A stretch of 10,501 nt of DNA from a virus. The notes beneath the pieces are model-generated. The model made no database searches and was not told the origin of the DNA. It was given only the letters and a program-made list of their open reading frames with translations. The translations under genes were made by a program, and so were the position numbers. Each line of letters starts with the position of its first letter. Within the stretch, counting starts at the first letter, position 1. The DNA lies in UHGV virus genome UHGV-1356964; one strand, given 5' to 3'. Below, piece after piece: positions 6,160 through 10,501 of the stretch.

Positions 6160-8007
6160 TTATTGCTGTTCTGCTGTAATTTGGCTTGAAAGTATAGGGC
6201 GTATCGCATTTGCAGCATTATTTAGCGCTCTTTCATAGGCTGGTGTTCCTGCTTTGGTGTTTGCCAGACGTAAGAGAGCATTCCTTGCTGCTTTGGACTC
6301 ATACAAGCGCATCATTGCACCGAAACCAGCCTCAAGCCCCATTGATACGCCAAGAGTCGCAGTTGCGCCAATCGTCCTTATCCTGTTGGCTTGCGATTGC
6401 CCCGTCTGAGTTACTACATTTGCGGTGTCTGACCTTGCTGTTTGCTGTAGAACTTCATGAAGAGCATCAAGCTCTTTCATGTGCTTTCCTGAAAAAATAG
6501 TGTTGTAAATTTCACCGCCTGACTGAGATTTCAGCTTATTAACTTCAGTGATGAACTTGGCTGGAGAGTCACCGGCCTTTTCCGCTATTTTGCTGACGTA
6601 AGCTGCACGCATAGCATCTTTCCCTTTATCATCCAGTGCGCTCCAGATTCGTTTCACGTCAGATGGTTTTCTGCTTAATACAACGGTATTTATAAGTTCA
6701 GGACTGGCTTCACTGCTTGCCTTGTTGAGCTTGTTAGCAATGTTTTTATTAAGCACCTTATTATAAACGTTTGCATAATCGGAATTTGCTTTAAGGTATT
6801 TTGCTGCGTCTGATGCACCGAGGTTTTTTGCAACTGCGTTACGAAGATCTTTTGACATTGCATTCTCTACCATATTGGTAGCTGCTTTTGCCTGGTTGGG
6901 GAAGACCATAGCATCTCCCTGAACATTAGATCTAAATGCTGTTCTGTGCTGACGCAAGAGATCAAACGTAACATCCAAATCAGTTGCAGGGTTTGCTAAT
7001 TCTTCACGTAGGTTACGCAAGGATGTAAGCAGGCTTTGATTGGCAGACGTCCCAAGCCGTTCCTGTCTTGCGATCGCTGTATTCAGAGCATTCATGGTAT
7101 TTGTGGTATCAACTGCGGCATTACCCATTTTATTGGTAACGTCATTGATAACAGCGCCAGCGGCATCCTTCCGTCCCCTTAACGTGGTGGTCAGAGATTT
7201 CACCACATCATCCGGGTTGTACTCACCAAAACGGTCAAAATAATTACTTACCAACTTACTACGCGTTGCATATTGCTCCGCTCGCTTTGAGCCTGTCCCG
7301 AGCAAAGCCCCCTCGGCATCCTGAGTTAGGCCGCGAGTGAAAGCATTTTTCGGCGGGATAACATCAGATGTCATTGGTGTCACGCCCATCGATTCTGATG
7401 TGGCAATTTTCTTCGCCACTTCTGGCGCAATATCACCTTTTATAGCCGTTATTCCACGCCCTATTCCCTTTGCTGCTGCGGAAAGAACACCCTGAGTGGC
7501 AAGGTTAACTCCGGCATTTTTAGCTGCATTTTGTGCGAAATCGCCTTTCTGATTTGTGGCCTCTGCCAGTGAGCCAATAGCCATGCTTCCTGCCGTTCCA
7601 ACTCCTGGAACTAAATACCCACCAATTGTTTCACCGGCTTGCGCGTAAGGGTCTGTCGGTCGATCGACAGGGCGATAAACATCATCCAAAACCTTGGGGC
7701 CACCAAGCCCCTGGCTGATTGCATTAATCAGGCTTGCGCCGCCCTGTAATACGTCGAATGGTATATTTACCAGACCACGACCTGCCTGTTCTGCAATTTG
7801 CCCTGCACTTTGACCACCAGTGAGCCAATCGCCAGCTTGTTGCATCAATGAAGGTTCTTCACGTGCTGGTTCATTATTGGCCTGATTAACTGTTTGTTGC
7901 TGAACAGCCTGACCAGCAAAATACTCATCAATGGCGGTGCCAATATCTTCCGTGCTCGTACCATCAGGAAAGGTAAATGTCTTACCGTTTGCAGTTACTT
8001 TCATCAT
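6160..8007 (-). CDS. Ejection (DNA-injection) protein, P22 gp16-like
   Basis: 615-aa ORF, last gene of a tightly packed - strand operon. Its start overlaps the stop of the upstream gene (ATGATGA at 8001-8007). Size and position match P22 gene 16 (609 aa); composition is Ala/Gly/Asn/Thr-rich as expected for ejection proteins. The assignment is by synteny and size, not sequence identity. Confidence 0.88.
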   Translation of the reverse strand: MMKVTANGKTFTFPDGTSTEDIGTAIDEYFAGQAVQQQTVNQANNEPAREEPSLMQQAGDWLTGGQSAGQIAEQAGRGLVNIPFDVLQGGASLINAISQGLGGPKVLDDVYRPVDRPTDPYAQAGETIGGYLVPGVGTAGSMAIGSLAEATNQKGDFAQNAAKNAGVNLATQGVLSAAAKGIGRGITAIKGDIAPEVAKKIATSESMGVTPMTSDVIPPKNAFTRGLTQDAEGALLGTGSKRAEQYATRSKLVSNYFDRFGEYNPDDVVKSLTTTLRGRKDAAGAVINDVTNKMGNAAVDTTNTMNALNTAIARQERLGTSANQSLLTSLRNLREELANPATDLDVTFDLLRQHRTAFRSNVQGDAMVFPNQAKAATNMVENAMSKDLRNAVAKNLGASDAAKYLKANSDYANVYNKVLNKNIANKLNKASSEASPELINTVVLSRKPSDVKRIWSALDDKGKDAMRAAYVSKIAEKAGDSPAKFITEVNKLKSQSGGEIYNTIFSGKHMKELDALHEVLQQTARSDTANVVTQTGQSQANRIRTIGATATLGVSMGLEAGFGAMMRLYESKAARNALLRLANTKAGTPAYERALNNAANAIRPILSSQITAEQQ

Positions 8008-9410
8008 TCCACCGTAAATTGAATGCCTGATTTTGATGTATATGATCCAACCTGATTCCGTGGTTCTCCTGAAGGTGTCGAATCTTGTGCTGGCGCTGCG
8101 TCAGTATTCATTGACATATACCGCTTAACGGCACTCCCCAATGATTCACCTTTTTTAACATCCAACCCCAATATCTGACCGCCATTACGCGATTGTCCTG
8201 GGTTGCCATTCGCGCTCATCCACTCGGCTTTAAACTCATTAAACTGCGCGTTTCGTCGCTCAAGGTTTGCCATAGCATCAAGCCATCTTGCGACCGTCTC
8301 AGGGTTATCCATGTCAGTTGGTGCACCCTGCCGAACGATCTCAACATCTTTATCCGTTGCGGGGCCGGGAGGTAGGAATTTAAGAACCTGACTGTTAACA
8401 AGGGCATTTTGGCGAATGCGCAAATCACGCAATGTCGTATCGCTTCCGGTAAGTTTTGCGAACATGTTCTGTGCGTTACCGAACAAACCTGTCGTTGGTT
8501 TTTCTGCTCTGAACTGTTGAGCAAGCGCACTCATAGAATTGGCTGAGTTTGATGATGCTGTGGCATTGTTTACAGCCGTCTCGATGCCTTTTTCCATGTT
8601 TACTGACAGCTTAGGTGCTTCGCTAATCAACTGCTGAGCCTTTTCCTGCGCTTGCTGCATCTTAAACCCGAACTCTTGCTGATCCAGAGCCAAGCGTTGT
8701 GCTGCGATATTGTGCCCAGTCATTGCTGACTGATAGGAAAGGTTTTGCCCTCTCGCCTGAAGTGCCTCGCCAGCCTGATTGCTGCGGATTGTCTCTGCCA
8801 GTCTGCCTCGGTCAATTTCACGACCAGCCATTTTGTCCTGAACATTGAAGTAATCAATCGGACCAAGAGCAGCCATCCCAAGGTGATCAACAAACTCACC
8901 AAATCCTGAAGGATTCTGCTGATACATCTGAGCAACGCTGTTAGGGTCAACACCGACGCGAGTCAGTTCCTTGGCGTTGTTTTGCAGCCATGATTGCATT
9001 GCTTCTGGAGACGATGACGCAAGGCGTGCGCCAGCCGCTAAGGTGCCGATAGAATTACGCTGGTCTTCATCAATGAATCCCATGCCTTTACGAACGGATT
9101 CAATCTGGTCTGGATATTGAGTAGCCAACTGACGCAAAGCACCGCGATCACCAGACGCATAAGCATTAGCGTACGCCTGCTGAAATTCTTTCTGTCGCTG
9201 AGCCTGCTTTTCCTGCTGAAACACCCCTGCAATACCTGAAAGACCTTGCAAAGCAGTCAGCCCAACATTGTTAGCGCCTGAACGCTCAATATCATTGTTC
9301 TGCCTGATAAGCTGAAGCGTATTGCCGATGTCATTTACGCTCGGAGCGTTTGAGTTGACGCCGCCGATACCAGCTAACAATCCGCCATTTGATCCTTGCC
9401 AAGTAGCCAT
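8004..9410 (-). CDS. Ejection protein, P22 gp20-like
   Basis: 468-aa ORF between the gp7-like and gp16-like genes; size matches P22 gene 20 (471 aa). GGGG lies about 7 nt upstream of the ATG, and the stop overlaps the downstream gene's start (translational coupling). Confidence 0.88.
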   Translation of the reverse strand: MATWQGSNGGLLAGIGGVNSNAPSVNDIGNTLQLIRQNNDIERSGANNVGLTALQGLSGIAGVFQQEKQAQRQKEFQQAYANAYASGDRGALRQLATQYPDQIESVRKGMGFIDEDQRNSIGTLAAGARLASSSPEAMQSWLQNNAKELTRVGVDPNSVAQMYQQNPSGFGEFVDHLGMAALGPIDYFNVQDKMAGREIDRGRLAETIRSNQAGEALQARGQNLSYQSAMTGHNIAAQRLALDQQEFGFKMQQAQEKAQQLISEAPKLSVNMEKGIETAVNNATASSNSANSMSALAQQFRAEKPTTGLFGNAQNMFAKLTGSDTTLRDLRIRQNALVNSQVLKFLPPGPATDKDVEIVRQGAPTDMDNPETVARWLDAMANLERRNAQFNEFKAEWMSANGNPGQSRNGGQILGLDVKKGESLGSAVKRYMSMNTDAAPAQDSTPSGEPRNQVGSYTSKSGIQFTVE

Positions 9411-9419
9411 GATTACCCC

Positions 9420-10112
9420 TTAAAACAACGAGCCAAGCAATCCGATACCAGCACCAATGCCAGCGCCCCAAGGTGTTGATGTTCCCAAAAGGCTGGCAAG
9501 ACCTGCACCGGCAATCGCACCAGACGTGCCACCGCTAATTGCAGTCTGAAGACTTGATGGTTTATTGGCATTAGCAGCGGCAAGAGCTGCGCTTTGCTGT
9601 GCAATGCTGCTCATGTTGTTGGCGTACGTCTGCCCGGCGTTTGCCTGACCTTGCAGCGCACCAAGCCCAACGTTTGCCAGATTGTTGTAATTGCTCATCT
9701 GGTTTGATAACCAAGACTGACCGAGAGTCGGCGCGATCGTAGCCAGTTGATTGCTTGTGGCTGTCGAACCAAGTCCACCCGTCGCCTCCGCAGCAGCAAG
9801 ACTCTGGTAGCGAGCCTGACCTGCAAGGTCTTTATACTGCTGAGAATTGTAATACTGATTAAGTGCCTGCCCCTGACCTTCTAAACTGGAAAGGTTCTGA
9901 AGCTGGTTAACATACTGCTCCGCAAGCGGCGTGAACGGAGCAAGGTTTTTCATGATCGTCTGCCACTGCTGATTTTGCAGGTCTGCTGCATACTTCTGAG
10001 CTTCTGCGGCATACTTTGCGCTTTTATCAGAACTGCCACCTTTCCCACCTTTTTCAGGGCAATAAGGTTCCTCGCCGCGCAGTTTTCTGCCCAGCTTAAA
10101 TGCATATAACAT
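9420..10112 (-). CDS. Ejection protein, P22 gp7-like
   Basis: 230-aa ORF (P22 gene 7 is 229 aa). Gln/Ala/Asn-rich with a Gly-rich hydrophobic C-terminus (GAGIGAGIGLLGSLF). GGGAG lies 6 nt upstream of the ATG; the gene abuts the upstream ORF's stop. Confidence 0.88.
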   Translation of the reverse strand: MLYAFKLGRKLRGEEPYCPEKGGKGGSSDKSAKYAAEAQKYAADLQNQQWQTIMKNLAPFTPLAEQYVNQLQNLSSLEGQGQALNQYYNSQQYKDLAGQARYQSLAAAEATGGLGSTATSNQLATIAPTLGQSWLSNQMSNYNNLANVGLGALQGQANAGQTYANNMSSIAQQSAALAAANANKPSSLQTAISGGTSGAIAGAGLASLLGTSTPWGAGIGAGIGLLGSLF

Positions 10113-10114
10113 GG

Positions 10115-10501
10115 CTATCTCCCGTGATTCAGGAAGTCGATTAGTTCTTCGCGTGTGGCGCTGTAAAAAGTCACGTCATCCACGCCTTTAAAGTATTTCT
10201 TGATGGTTCCGACACGCTTAAGGCCAATCATTGCGCAGTAAATCTGCCCGTGGCGGAATTTGCGTGCGGCGAACGATGTGACGCACTGAACGGTGGTGTT
10301 AGTCAGAATGTATCGCCAGAACGCCAGCCCGATTTCCTTGCTGAAGCCGCGAATCTCTGGCAGGTACATGGCGTGGCAATCGAATGTCAGCGGCTGAATC
10401 TCCTGATAGTAAACAATTCCGCCGAACTGCCCGTGCACGTTCACCTCAAAGTAACGGCATTCAGGCTTGTAGTCGTATCCATCACCGTTGTTGCTCCCGG
10501 C
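10115..10501 (-). CDS. P22 gene-14-like protein, 3' portion (5' end beyond window)
   Basis: The reading frame is open from the window edge (10501) down to TAG at 10115-10117. The track's start at 10444 is a GTG, and the frame stays open upstream of it, so the gene most likely starts outside the window. Its position immediately upstream of the gp7-like gene corresponds to gene 14 in the P22 order 26-14-7-20-16. Assignment is by synteny. Confidence 0.75.
   Translation of the reverse strand, partial: AGSNNGDGYDYKPECRYFEVNVHGQFGGIVYYQEIQPLTFDCHAMYLPEIRGFSKEIGLAFWRYILTNTTVQCVTSFAARKFRHGQIYCAMIGLKRVGTIKKYFKGVDDVTFYSATREELIDFLNHGR

Larger units (their letters stand above)
1..10501. mobile_element. 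P22-like prophage segment (integrase, conversion cargo, tailspike, accessory region, ejection-protein genes)
   Basis: Gene content and order match the P22-like layout: tyrosine integrase, AT-rich cargo, tailspike with the conserved head-binding N-terminus, then ORFs of 615, 468 and 230 aa on the - strand matching P22 genes 16, 20 and 7 (609, 471, 229 aa as I recall them). No att site or tRNA lies inside the window, so the element boundaries are not defined here. Confidence 0.85.

Noticed and set aside
6210-9604. Alternate-frame and antisense ORFs inside the gp16-, gp20- and gp7-like genes
   Set aside because: Embedded in long, well-supported ejection-protein genes, with biased composition and no ribosome-binding sites.
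1-10501. CRISPR arrays, rRNA or tRNA genes, IS elements or terminal inverted repeats
   Set aside because: No regularly spaced direct repeats, no tRNA-like or rRNA-like sequence and no transposase-like ORF were seen on reading the window.

Overview
This window looks like the integrase-proximal arm of a P22-like (short-tailed, O-antigen-targeting) prophage from an enterobacterial genome. All calls rest on reading the translations and DNA by eye; no database search or computation was run, and family assignments are from memory of conserved motifs. Left to right: (1) the 3' two-thirds of a P4/IntS-type tyrosine integrase on the + strand, interrupted by an in-frame TAG at 120-122; (2) a very AT-rich cargo island (about 1026-2772, roughly 25-30% GC by hand count) holding a 372-aa polytopic membrane protein I read as Wzy/EpsG-like and a possible small secreted protein; (3) a 682-aa tailspike on the - strand with a P22/Sf6-type head-binding N-terminus and a C-terminal autocleavage-type motif; (4) a variable accessory region in the position P22 uses for immI/sieA, here holding three genes that each appear to have their own signals: a 59-aa basic protein, a 121-aa HEXXH peptidase-like protein (ImmA/IrrE-like), and a 161-aa lipoprotein; (5) the late-operon ejection-protein genes on the - strand, matching P22 genes 16, 20 and 7 in order and size, plus the 3' part of a gene-14-like ORF running off the window. 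The two most interesting candidates for something undescribed are the Wzy-like conversion cargo next to the tailspike and the non-canonical accessory cluster between tailspike and ejection genes. The attachment site and tRNA are expected just upstream of the window and are not visible.
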